Part shown: positions 10,907-23,723 of the stretch, in pieces
Layout of the letters: every line of letters begins with the position of its first letter
Position numbering within the stretch: position 1 is the first letter of the stretch
Source of the DNA: Balanoglossus misakiensis
Lineage: Eukaryota > Animalia > Hemichordata
Direction of reading: 5' to 3'
NCBI GenBank assembly: GCA_040954595.2
Contig: CM082576.2
Span: 17,717,028 to 17,781,027 of the forward strand
Length of the DNA stretch: 64,000 nucleotides
Notes under the pieces: model-generated
The model's database searches: none
What the model was told of the DNA's origin: nothing
Seen by the model: only the letters and a program-made list of their open reading frames with translations
Translations under genes and position numbers: made by a program

Positions 10907-13547
10907 TATTCAAAACCGCGGCACAGAGCGATATCCATCCGCCATATGCAAATAAGCCGAAGTATAAAAGCAACGAGCAACGTACAGTCTGTCCCTCCCT
11001 AGCAATAGGCCACGACAGCACGAACCACGGCTCAAACTGGTTCCGCAGTTCGAGCTTTTGTGGACTCACACCAGGACTCCGCAGAACCATCTGGTCGCCA
11101 TCCAAGACCCGGTCCCGGTGGTGCCACACCCCAGCAAAAAGCTGCACCAACACCAGCAAGTGGAGAGGCAACATGCGTCAACAGCAGTGTAACCAGGGTT
11201 AGTTTTCCCCCTTGTATGCCTCCGGTCATTTCGGTTTTGATTTGCAGTTCAGTCCCCTGTTGTTGTTTTTTATGCACTACGGTTCACCACATTTCTCCCC
11301 TCGCGTTGTTTTTCGGCTTTCGAATTTTCTTAGTGCAGGTGGAAGGCCAAATCACCAATTTGAAATTCCGCCACCTGTTAGGCCTGACACCACCTGTTTC
11401 GCTAATTGAAAAAAAAAAAAAACTCGATGCCTTTCCCCTACGTAACAGGCATGGTAGAACTGAATGGAGATTGTATTTTATTTTCTATGCAATATGCGTC
11501 GAATACTTGGAGTTACAGGAGTGAGCGGCAGGCCAGGCAGTGTGATATACTGCGAGAGCGCCAACATTTGTTTGTTAAATAGAGCTGGGTGGGTTATACC
11601 CATGAGTGCCAAGGAGACCGGCCAGGCAGTTCATCCAGTGATGACTGCGAGAGCGCCGTATTATTGTGGCTGAGGCAAAAGGAAATACATAGGCTCGAGG
11701 GAGGAGCAATGTGAGCGGTCATTTACGTAGCAGACGCATGTTCGCCATGAATTTGCTGATGCCTATGTAATGAGGCGCTCGCCCTGTAAACAAAAGGGGA
11801 GTCTTCAGTACGGGAGAGCAAGTATACTTTCCACCCGTGGTAATGGGCAGAGAAGTTATTGTATGTGTGAGTTTACTTGTATTGCAGAAAGGGGAGTTGG
11901 AGAACCTAAAGAAGCAAGGTAAAAAAAAAAACCCTGCAAGAATTGACAAAAACCGCATCTGTGGATGATGCCTTGGAGAAAGTCATGCACCTGGCCCATA
12001 CTCCATCCTTAACCTCACGATCCCAGCTCATCGCCGCACTGAGAAAAGAAATAAGGATGAACTAGTCACATGCTTTGTCTGCGGTGAGAAAGGGCATGTT
12101 GCCAGAGCCTGCCCAAAAAGAAAGTAGTATACCCACATTGCTGTGTTTTTTCTCTCTCTTTGCTCGTTTATATTTATTCGTCACAGCAAGGGTTACTCAT
12201 CCACGTACACGCATGCACACTGTACTAACACGCATACTTCTCTCGGTCACCTGCACACTAATGGACGCCTTCATGCACACCCACACAATCGCATACTTTC
12301 GACCAACCGCTCGCACCATAGACGGAACGCATTCACGCATATAAATACAGACGCACAAGACATGCCTGAGCAACTTAGATGGAGCAAACGCTACACGGAC
12401 ACCCACACTTAAGAACTTGCTGTGATGCTTCGATAACTTGAAATGCACGAAAAGTCGGGTTTGCTTACAACCCTCCGTGACAATTAAAAGGTTGTCTTGA
12501 GAATAAAATAAAAGAAAGAAAGAAAAAAAAATGCTTTTATATCTCGCCTTCCTAGATTGACCCCACTCAACCAGTAGCGGATATCCCGTGTTTATCATAC
12601 ACCAAACATCGCCCCGAACGCAGGGAGGACTAAAACAGTCCTTTGCATTCCATGCAACCTCGCCTTACTGAGGTCCTGTCTAGGGGCTCCCTCAAGAAAA
12701 CATTTTAAATTTAGTAGCCCATAGTCTTTATCTATTCTTTTCTGTTCACTCCCTACGCATGTGAAATCGGCCCTGAGGAACTTCCAGTCGCCAGAAAGTC
12801 ATACACATGGGTATCTCTTGAGGACGCCCCTCGACAGGAGACCCGTTATCAATGTCGATGAGGTTCGTAAATCCAACAAGAAAGTGTCGCCCGCACTACT
12901 ATCATTTAGAAACCCACATGAATTTGTCGCCGGGGAAATTCATAAGCACAGGGAGGTGTGGAACGACGAAAAGCAGAACACAAAAAGATATGAGAACCTC
13001 AATGATTTAATTGGATTTTCCAAGGCTTTTGTTGTGGGTGTGTTTGTAGTGGTAACTTGTTTGTTGTATTTTAAGGATTGGGGGATACCCAACTCGGTAA
13101 TAATGGGCTCAAGCACGAGGAGAATAGGCTTTGCGTCCGGATGCGCCTCCAAAGGCCCGGACCCATTCCTTTAACAATAGGCATATCCATGAGCGAGGTG
13201 ATGCGGCTTTGAATACTTAGTTATTCAAAACCGCGGCACAGAGCGATATCCATCCGCCATATGCAAATAAGCCGAAGTATAAAAGCAACGAGCAACGTAC
13301 AGACTGTCCCTCCCTTGCAATAGGCCAAGAGAGCAGGGCTATGTGCGTAAACGGGACAGGGTGGGGATTTTATATGACCAGTCCCCTCGGTAAAATCCTT
13401 TGCTAATGTATTCCCACCCGCCCTCCCACTTTTTCGAATATAAGAGTTTTATACACTTCGCTATGGATGCGCCTCCAAAAGCCCGGACCCATTCCTTTAA
13501 CAATAGGCATATCCATGAGCGAGGTGATGCGGCTTTGAATACTTAGT
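10907..13547 (+). mobile_element. Non-autonomous tyrosine-recombinase retrotransposon with split direct repeats (Ngaro/PAT-like DIRS order)
   Basis: A1 10907-~11018, B1 13139-13221, A2 from 13222, B2 13465-13547. Remnant gag zinc knuckle CFVCGEKGHVARAC (~12070-12112) and RT N-terminus FRNPHEFVAGEIHKH..W (~12905-12960). No classical TSD; a TA is shared at both junctions. Confidence 0.85.
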
Positions 13548-13680
13548 TAAAGAAAATGTCATTCCGGATGCACTATCAAGAGTATAGTATGTGATAGGAT
13601 TATGTTTTTAAGTGATTAACAAATGTAATTATTCTAGAAAAACGCCACTATTGTAACGTATTTCTTTTCTGAAGGGGAGG

Positions 13681-14421
13681 TGTTATGTAGGTTACGTTTG
13701 CTGTTGTTTTGTGACCAGGCGTGTTTTCGCTTACTTTTGTAATTTGAATATTTGCGTGACCAGGTGGGGTGCATTCATTATTTTCCCCATATAAAAAGCC
13801 CGCACGTCGTGTTGCGGCGTAGCTACTAATTTGGACTTGTCCTTATGAGCTGTTCTGTTCCTCGCCGGCTTGGAAGATGTGCCTTATTTCCTGATACACT
13901 GGTCTGGAAACCGCGCCCAGATTCTGTGCTGTATTTCATGCTGTCCTGGTCTGGGAACCGCGCCCAGAAGCTGTGTTATTTCATGCTGTCCTGGTCTGGA
14001 AACCGCGCCCCGAAGTCGTGATACCTCATGGGGAATTCGTCCGAAAGCCGTGCCGTCTACCGGGGAATTGTGCCAGAACGCTACTCGGACTGAACGTCGT
14101 TGTTGGGACTGCCGTGGTGCTGGTCGCGTTCGTCGTGCGCAACGGAAGCGTGGACTTTAGTTTTTCATTTGCCACACCTGGTCACATTTAAGGTAGTCAA
14201 TTATTTTACTGTGTTTTTTCCTCAGTGTACATTCATTTTATATGTACCAATGTTTAGTTGTAAATTAAAAGTTTCCATAAGCAAGGAAATAACGTGTGGT
14301 GTGCCTATTGCTGACGGTCTTTGTTGCGTGCTGCGCTGGTTGGTTCACCAAAGCGAGCCATTCGGTAAGTCTATTTGGTCACTGCCCTGTTTCGGAACTG
14401 AACGGCCAGCGTGTCGTAACA
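13681..14421 (+). repeat. 3' LTR of Gmr1-like element
   Basis: Direct repeat of 4031-4773. Confidence 0.97.
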
Positions 14422-15425
14422 GAATTGCCAGCAGAACTGAACGGAATTTTGCCAGCGGAGCTGAACTGAATTGTGGTGAGTGCTTCGTGAATTCGGACAT
14501 TGCCAGCGAAGCTGAAGTGAATTTTGTGAGTGCTTCTTGACTTCGGACATTGCCAGCAGAACTGAACGGACATTGCCAGCGGAGCTGAACTGAATTGTGG
14601 TGAGTGCTTCGTGATTTCGGACATTGCCAGCGGAGCTGAACGGAATTTTGTGAGCGCTTCGCGAATTCGGACATTGCCAGCGGAGCTGAACTGAATTTTG
14701 TGAGTGATTCTTGACTTCGGACATTGCCAGCAGAACTGAACCGAATTTTGTGAGCGCTTCGCGAATTCGGACATTGCCAGCGGAGCTGAACGGAATTTTA
14801 TGAGCGCTTCGCGAATTCGGACATTGCCAGCGGAGCTGAACTGAATTGTGTGAGTGCTTCTTGACTTCGGACATTGCCAGCAGAACTGAACGGAATTTTG
14901 TGAGCGCTCCGCGAATTCGGACATTGCCAGCGGAGCTGAACTGAATTTTGTGAGTGATTCTTGACTTCGGACATTGCCAGCAGAACTGAACGGAATTTTG
15001 TGAGCGCTTCGCGAATTCGGACATTGCCAGCGGAGCTGAACGGAATTTTGTGAGCGCTTCGCGAATTCGGACATTGCCAGCGGAGCTGAACTGTGTGAGT
15101 GCTTCTTGACTTCGGACATTGCCAGCAGAACTGGACGGAATTTTGTGAGCGCTTCGCGAATTCGGACATTGCCAGCGGAGCTGAACGGAATTTTGTGAGC
15201 GCTTCGCGAATTCGGACATTGCCAGCGGAGCTGAACGGAATTTTGTGAGCGCTTCGCGAATTCGGACATTGCCAGCGGGAGCTGAATGGAATTTTGTGAG
15301 TGCTTCGTGAATTCGGACATTGCCAGCGGAGCTGAACGGAATTTTGTGAGCGCTGTGTGAATTCGGACATTCGGAATACGGAATTTTTGTGAGTGCTTCG
15401 TGAATTCGAACTGCCAGCAGAACGG
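14422..15425. repeat. ~45-50-bp satellite, right part (~21 units)
   Basis: Same units as 3663-4030; resumes in register after the GAAT TSD. Confidence 0.97.
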
Positions 15426-16906
15426 AACGTTGACCATTACTTGTTTGTCTTTCATATTTTCTTTGACAAATTTATTTGGATAGATTTAATGACGTAATAT
15501 ATCTTCATAAAAAGAAAAACCTATTGTGTCTTGTCTTCTCTGCTTTCTACTCCCCACCCACCTCTTATTCATATGTACCGGAAAATTGTCAATCACCGAA
15601 CCCCAGACTGACTGCCCGTAGAAATATTTTATCTTTTCATGTTCATTCCAACGTTAGCCGGAACGAAAGTGGCTACAATACCATGAAATATCGTATAAAT
15701 CAACGGACTTCAATGAAACTGCGTTGGCATTTTTTGCAAAGTGCTTGTTATTTTAGTAAGAATAACTGCAGTCTACGGGATGTGGTTTGGACCAATGGTT
15801 CTGTGCCCGCGAATTGATGTGGGGAATCCAACATTTGCCAGTTTTCACTACTGTATTGCAGATTTTACATTCCCGAGCCAGGGTGTTCAAGTATCTTAAT
15901 TTTCTGACTTTAAATCCCTTTAGCATAAATATGAAAATCTGAATAAGGCAGGAGCGTAATTAACAAAACAATATTTGCAAAGTTGTCATTTAATGAATGG
16001 CTCCATAGAGTGCCGTGTTCCACAAAATACAAGAAACACATGTACTGTATATACTGATGACATATGCGAATTTTGGTCCAATGTCATCCAGAAGTTGGGT
16101 TAAATTTTGGGCCCGAGCTGATCCATCGTCGACAAAACGAACCCCACTGGTCATTTTTAGTATTGAATTAAATATGCACAAGAAAAAAGAAATAAAGAGA
16201 AGCCTATTATGCAGATATGGTTAATCTAAGAGAACTACTATGCAAAAGTCGCCGCACATATCCAAGTAGTCATCCAACCATTCCAAACTGTCTAATTGTT
16301 CTTGAGAAAAGGTTCTTGAAAGAAGTTTTTTCAATGATATTTGTCATATTTCGTAAACTTATATGGCCACCAAAGGAATTTTAAGAGTTGCGTGCGCGTG
16401 CCGGAGGCTTTTTTGATGACTTCACGTTTAAATTTGTAATGCAATTTCTATCTGCTATACCTGACACTCTGCGTTTCTTTTCTCCCGAATATATATTCTT
16501 CAGGAGGTCTGAAATGACATTTTAGATCGTTAAATTGCTTATATCAATATTTAACTAAATTGAATTGCCTGTAACAATTGTTCAATTCCTATCTGTCACG
16601 AACGTTTTTGCTTTTGTGTCAGAGAATTAAATGTCATTTTCTGGCATTGTTATTGTGTGGCAGGTAAATTGAAAAGGCCGTAGCTTTTGTCCGAGTTACA
16701 GGCTGTTCAGATAATCGGGCAACCAGACTTCTGTGCCTCGAAGCATACATTTTGAAGCGACTCCACATTTTCTCGGGCAGACAGGCGTATGCTCTTGAAT
16801 GGCTGGTCAATACATGGATATTGTATAAACTCATCCATCTAATCTGTTTCCTACGTACTATTAATGTCAAATAATTGTCATGCGGTATGCGTCATGTCTG
16901 TTCTGA

Positions 16907-19900
16907 TGATAACTTGGGCCTAGCTAGGGAGTTCTTTATTATGAGCATCCTAGGTGGACCTGTTCATGGGGGCGACTCCATCTTGTTTTGAGTGAAACTT
17001 GCATGTGAACATTGTGGACCCAGTCGGAAATAAATTATTTGTTGTTGAACTATTAATGGTAGCAGAGCATTTCCGAAACAAATAGCGAAATGCCACAAAA
17101 CTCAAGTTACAAAAATCCCCCGGTGTTGAGGGAAGACACAGTCTATGAAGCATGGAAAAACGAAGTTGAAATTTGGCGCCTAATGACTGACCTGTGATGT
17201 GAAGAAACAGGCATTGGCAGTTGCTTTAACACTCACTGGTCATGCACGTGAGAAGGCCATGGGCATTGAGGCAAGTAGTTTGAATTCTACCGATGGAATG
17301 AAAACCCTGATAGAAGCACTGGATGAGCTGTATAAAAAGGACACCATTGACCTTTCATACGAGGCATATTCAAAGTTTGAAAGTTTTAGAAAACTGGAAG
17401 ATATGCAGATGATGGAATACATTGTGGAGTTTGAGAGACTATATACACAAGTGAAAAAGTATGATATGGTTCTTCCGGATGCTGTTTTGGCGTTCAAGTT
17501 ACTTGATAGTGCTAATCTGGAGGACCGTGATAAACAACTTGTACTGACAGCATCTATGGATCTAAAATTCAGCACGATGAAATCATCCCTTAAGAGAATT
17601 TTTGGTAAGGGTCATGAGGCCAGTGGTGGTTGTAATGACATGAGCAGCACACCAGCCATTACAATCAAGCAAGAATCAGCATACTTTACACAGAAATACA
17701 AACCCAAGACGTGGAAGTTCGGAGACAAGAAACGGTTTCCATCTAAAGATTCTAAAACCAGCAACAGTGTTCAGAGAGGAACCAACCCTATTGACAGGTT
17801 TGGTAGACGGTCAAGATGTGCTATATGCCAATCTACATTCCATTGGGCGAAAGATTGTGAGCACAGACAAGAAAATAACCAAGTTCATGTGACAGAAGAA
17901 AAGTCTGAACAGCAAGTGCCTATTGAGGATGAGTTCTGTAATATCACACTGTTGACTAAAGAACAGAAAAACAATGAGGTGTTCATGACTGAAGCGTATG
18001 GATGCGCTGTGATTGACACAGCATGCACACGTACAGTATGTGGGAAAGGGTGGCTGAATGATTATACGAGAAGTCTGGATGAAAGACACAGAAAGAAGGT
18101 CATTGAGACACACAGTGATAGAAGTTTCAAGTTCGGTGATGGTGTGAAAGGTCAGTCTGTTATGAATGTCAAAATACCTGCCAAAATTGGAGAGACTGTA
18201 TGCACTATAGACACTGAAGTGGTGGATACCAACATCCCTTTACTTCTCAGTAAGACCTCACTCAAAAGAGCTGAAACCAGACTTGATATTAAAGATGACA
18301 AAGCTGAGATGTTCCAAAGTCCAGTTGAGCTGAATTTCAATTCCAGTGGACACTATTGTATTGATATACGAAATGGTTTGAAGTCTGCTAGTAAAGATGC
18401 ATCAGAGACATTGTTTGTCGACAACATTGGTGAATCCGAGATTCCTATACTATGCATGATGAGATGAGTACTCAGGAGAAAATGAAGATGCTGAAGAAAT
18501 TGCATCTACAGTTTGGCCATGCTTCAGCTGAGCGATTGAGAAAGTTGTTGGAAAGTGCAGGAAATACTGATCCAAATATGCTGAAGAACTTAACTGAGGT
18601 CACTGATAAATGTGAGACGTGTGTAAAGTTCAAGAAACAACCGGTGAAACCCGCAGTTGGGTTTCCTTTGGCAACTGAGTTTAACGAGACTGTGGCTGTG
18701 GACCTCCATGAAATAGGAAAGAACTTGTGGTATCTACATATAATAGATGAATTCACCCGGTTCAGCACAGGGGCTATTATGACGAGTAAACATTCAACAG
18801 TATTTGTTCAGAAGTTCATACAGAACTGGATTAGTATATATGGAGCACCAAAGAAGTTGTATAGCGACAACGGTGGGGAGTTCAACAGTGAAGAAGTAAG
18901 AGATATGGGTGAGAATTTCAACATAGAAGTGAAGACAACAGCAGCGTATTCACCGTGGTTCAATGGTTTGCTTGAGAGACACAATTATACATTGACTGAG
19001 ATAATGAGAAAGCTGAAACAAGATGAACATCAGGACTGGGAAACTACTTTGAAGTGGGCACTCATCGCGAAAAATAGTCTATGCAACATACATGGGTTCA
19101 GTGCATATCAGCTTGTATATGGACGCAACCCCAACCTGCCATCAACATTAGTTGATAAACCACCAGCGCTAGAAGGCACCACTACCAGCAAAGAAGTGGT
19201 CAAGCACATCACTGCTCTGTATGAAGCCAGGAAAGCTTTTACTGAAGTTGAATGCTCTGAGAGGATCAGACGTGCACTGAGAAAACAAACAAGACCTACA
19301 TCAGGACCATTAAGCATTGGTGACAGAGTCTATTATAAAAGGCCTGATAGTGCAGAATGGAAAGGACCAGGCACAGTTATTGGTCAGGATGGCGTGGTAG
19401 TATTTGTGAGACATGGTGGGACACTTGTCAGAGTTCACCAATGCAGACTACAGATGGTCAAGCAAACAGCCCAGGTGGATGAACATACAAACTGCGATGA
19501 GAAATCAGAGAAGATAGTATACATGTAAAGACTGAAGCAAGAAAAGGCAGAAACACTACCGATGATGACGATTAAGATGATGAAGGAAATGAAAGAACAA
19601 GTCCTAACGACAAGAAAGCGAATGATGAACAGTCAGAAGATGATGCCCAGGATTCACAGATCAGAAATACCGCAGAACATCTGAAATTGGTACCTGGGAA
19701 TGTGATAACGTATAGACATAGCCAGTCCGGACAGTTGATGACTGCAGAAGTTACCAACCGAGCTGGTAAAGCAAGTGGAGGAAACAAACATTGGTACAAT
19801 GTTAAATACCTTGGGCCGAAAGAAGTTGCAGGGATTGCACAATCTATTGATCTCAGCCAAGTAGATACACTGAAGATCACAGAGAATTATCAAAGTGTTG

Positions 19901-21761
19901 ATGAACAGAGTGAAGATGTTGTCATGATGGTTAGAGATGATAGATTCCTCAAAGCGCAGCTGACTGAGTTAGACAACTGGAAAATTAATGGTGTATATGA
20001 CGAAGTGGCAGATCACGGCCAGAGATGTGTATCCACTAGGTGGGTGTGTACTATGAAGACTACAGATGAGTGCACAAAAACTAAGGCCAGACTAGTAGCC
20101 AGGGGATTTGAGGAAGTCAACGCTGATGATGTACAGAAAGATTCACCAACCTGTGGCAAGGACTCCATGCGGATCATTCTTGCAATATTTGCCCAGAACA
20201 ATTGGAAACCTAAAACGATGGACATAAAAACTGCATTCCTGCAGGGTACTAAACTTGAGAGAGATGTATACATCCGGCCACCAAAAGAGGCTGACGTCCG
20301 AGGTAAAATATGGCGACTGAAGAAATGTGTGTATGGTCTCAACGATGCCTCTCTACACTGGTATAATAAAGTGAAAGCCGTAATGCTCGAATCAGGAGCG
20401 AAGATCGCTAAAGTTGATCCAGCAGTGTTTTACTGGATGGATGATCAGGAGCAGCTGATGGGAGTGCTGGCCAGTCATGTAGATGATTTCATTTGGAGCG
20501 GTTCCGAGGAATTTGAATCTTCAGTCATAGATTCTATAAGATCAACGCTCAATGTAGGAAAAGAAGACAGCGATGCCTTTCAGTATGTTGGTATAGGACT
20601 GGTAAGTGGTGAGGAACACATCTACCTGCAACAAGACAGCTGCATATCCAATATGTCACCTATTCACATTGATGGGAGCAGACGGGGACAAAAGGAAAGC
20701 CCATTGACAGATGTAGAAAAGGAGCGACTGAGATCCAAAGTAAGACAAATTCTTTGGGTGGCACACCAAAGCAGACCAGACATTCTCTTTGATGCCTGTA
20801 ACTTGGCAACTCGTATTAAAAATGCCACAGTACGAGATATACTTGATGCCAACAAAGTTATCCACAAAGTCAAGTCTGAAGATGTACTTCTGAAATTTCA
20901 ACACTTGAAATGCTGACAAATTGTGGCTGCTGATATTCAGTGATGCCTCACTGGGTAATTTGCCTGATGGTGGAAGCCAAGGAGGCTACCTCGTTCTCCT
21001 TACAGACAAGGATGGGAAGTTTTCACCGATATTCTGGAATTCCAAGAAGATCAGGGGAGTAGTTCGCAGCACACTAGCTGGGGAGACACTAGCTATGGCA
21101 GACGGCATAGATTCTGCAATGTTCATTGCTACATTGTATAGTGAACTGACCTCGGGACAAACATACAAGAACATGTTACCCCTTACATGTGTTACAGACT
21201 GCAAATCATTATTTGAGGCTCTGAAGTCTGTGAAGATGGTCAATGAGAAACGACTTCGCATGGAGATCAGTGGGATCAAGGAACTCCTGGAGAGCAAACA
21301 CATCGAGAGGATCATCTGGTGTGAGACACAGAAGCAGTTGGCTGACTGTCTGACAAAGAAAGGAGCTTCATCGCTGTCGCTGATGAAGGCCCTGGAAGAA
21401 GGCGTTATTGACATATGATATGACACTGCATGACTTTTACCTTGGATCACCGCGTTGTGTTATAGTTGATCCCATTAAACGTTTGTTGTCAGTTTTGGCT
21501 GTTTGGACTTTACTGAACTATTCTCTTCATCCAGAACTTTCATTCACAATTTTTTGGGACTTTGGACATTTCATAAACTTTAAAGGATAGAGTGGAATTT
21601 GATAACTTGGGCCTAGCTAGGGAGTTCTTTATTATGAGCATCCTAGGTGGACCTGTTCATGGGGGGGGGGGGGGGGGGCGACTCCATCTTGTTTTGAGTG
21701 AAACTTGTATGTGAACATTGTGGACCCAGTCGGAAATAAATCATTTGTTGTTGAACTATTA
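16907..21761 (+). mobile_element. Full-length Copia LTR retrotransposon, GalEa-like, decayed
   Basis: LTRs 16907-17055 and 21600-21761 (TGAT...ATTA); TSD CTGA; PBS TGGTAGCAGAG (initiator tRNA-Met) at 17057; PPT aaaggatagagtgga. Short LTRs, iMet PBS, DNGGEF and HVDD fit the GalEa clade (clade call from memory). Confidence 0.92.
17090..21418 (+). pseudogene. pol: Copia gag-pol (gag, PR, INT, RT, RH) with several frameshifts/stops
   Basis: CAICQSTFHWAKDC knuckle, IDTAC protease, HLQFGH..CETC, SDNGGEF, KARLVARGF, DIKTAFLQ, HVDD, SDAS, QLADCLTK, across ORFs 17199-18467, 18452-19528, 19687-20916 and 20921-21418. Confidence 0.93.
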
Positions 21762-22705
21762 CTGATACAAAAGCTTAAACTGTAGGCCTGATGTGAAAGC
21801 GTGGAATTACATACTGTATGCACATATAAAGATTAAAATGTAATAAAGGTCAAAGGTTTGGAAAAATTGTCCAAAACTTGGCATTTTATGTTAAGCAATT
21901 CACGTCCAATATTCAACACAGATCAGTGGCCTGCAGTAAACACCCCCCCCCCCCCCAAGTAGATGTGTGCATATCCATGCAGTAGTCATTGAGCAGAAGC
22001 AAAGCATTTCTCAACTGTCTGGAATGACCACAAACTTATACACGTCACCCATATGATACAGTACGGAAAGTTTTAACCGCAAAGGCCATCGGCTACTATA
22101 TGAATTTTACGAATTACTTGCGAATGGCGGCGCGGCGTGTGATACATGTACGGTGTCTAAATTAATAAATTGCAATTTGCAGTATAACGACAGATTGCAA
22201 GAGGCATTGTGTATGATTTGTTGTCTAAATTTGTAATGCAATTTAACAGATAGCTGTTTTTTCTCCCGATACACATTCACATTTTTCCTTGGCATTAACT
22301 CGTATTATTAATATTTAACTAAAGTGAATTGAATTGAATGCGGCAAATTAATTGTTTAATCTCAAGATCTATCACAATTATTTTCTTCTTTCTTGTCATT
22401 TTTTTGTGTGACACGTAAATTCTATTACGTCATCACACTCAAGGAACCACATGAGATATGCACTGCGCATGAGTAACTTCAGTTGCACTGTTGACCTACG
22501 CCAGCGAAACACGTTGTGTTCTCGTCTGGCTCAATTTTGCGATTATTTTTGTAACTTCGTTCAGCCGAGTTGGTCAAGGTACAATTCGGTGATAATATTT
22601 GTTTTTGTCGCTCGAACGTGGTTCGAGTTTAGCAGTTTTTAGTACGTCTGAAGACATTTGGAAGACTAACTTTGTGTTAGCGTCGCAACGTGAGTTGTAC
22701 ACGTC

Positions 22706-23723
22706 ATGCCACCCAAACGAAGTGTCAGCACGGACATTGCATCTAAGGATGCTGGGGGTGCAGTTGTTTCAGACGTTGACAAACAGTCCAAGCGTAAACG
22801 TGATAGTGCCGCTGTTTTAGTCACGGGCGACACAACGTCGGAGGCGACTACTAGCAAGGTGAGCAGGTCATCTGTAGACACACCGGCTGGTTCCGGTGAG
22901 ATGTCGGCCATTTTGAATCTGCTTACGGAGATCAAGGACAATCAGGGTAAGCTCACTACGCGTATGGAGAAAATTGAACAGGATTGTTATTATGAAGATG
23001 ACAATGATATTTGTGTTGAAGATGTCGAGGATGAGACAACTGTCTCACACATGAAACCTTCTGCTTCGGACGCGTCCGAAGTTGGTGCTTCGGCTAGCGG
23101 CAGTGCTACTGCTACTGATGCCACTGTGAGTGACGTCACCAGTCAACCAAGCATGTTCAAGGATATGGCTACCAAGTTTCTTGTAAAGGAACAATGTGAT
23201 GATACTGTTGATGAAGATTTTGCTACTATGATTAATGCTTTCTTCAGGGATGGAATTCCTGATGAGAAATACAATGATCTTGTTAAGAAGTTTCTTCGCC
23301 CAGAAAACTGTCATGGGTTGACAAATGTAAGAGTAAACCAACTGATTTGGGATATCATACGCCCAGAGACAAGAACTTTGGACACAAAGTTCCAGGTAGT
23401 GCAAAATTCCCTTGTGAAGGGATCAGTTTGTGTAACTCAACTGGTTAGTGAACTAGCCAAGTTAAAGGACAAACCTCAGGATAATGTTGACATCCAGAAA
23501 TTACTTGATCTGGGCACCCATTCACTGGCCTTTTTGGGGCACACCAATCGGCTGTTAAATCTCAGGAGACGAGATTGCATTAAACCGGATTTGAGTCTGG
23601 ATTATCTCCGTTTGTGCTCTTCTACTGTGCCATTCACAGACTATTTGTTTGGCGATGACATTTCCAGACGAGTAAAAGATATACAAGAAGTCAATAAGGC
23701 TGGAAATAAAATTGGTGTGCGAC
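22706..23723 (+). pseudogene. gag: DIRS gag-like ORF, first part (continues at 31066-31226)
   Basis: RPENC..L....VN..IW and YLFGDD motifs typical of DIRS ORF1; cut by the Gypsy insertion. Confidence 0.85.

Larger units (their letters stand above)
4031..14421 (+). mobile_element. Full-length Gmr1-like Gypsy LTR retrotransposon (gag, PR-INT-RT-RH order), decayed
   Basis: LTRs 4031-4773 and 13681-14421 (TGTTATG...CGTAACA); 4-bp TSD GAAT at 4027-4030 and 14422-14425; PBS at 4777; PPT gaaggggagg before the 3' LTR; integrase lies upstream of RT, the diagnostic Gmr1 order. Confidence 0.95.

Noticed and set aside
11188-11517. Possible solo LTR (tgtaacc...gttaca) within the YR element
   Set aside because: No matching TSD or convincing PBS.
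14422-15425. Regular repeat array resembling CRISPR, with long minus-strand ORFs
   Set aside because: No unique spacers, no cas genes and a eukaryotic context; the ORFs are artefacts of stop-free repeat units.
15476-16900. Short ORFs in AT-rich spacer regions (also 42931-44126 and 45036-46500)
   Set aside because: No recognisable motifs or splice-consistent structure.
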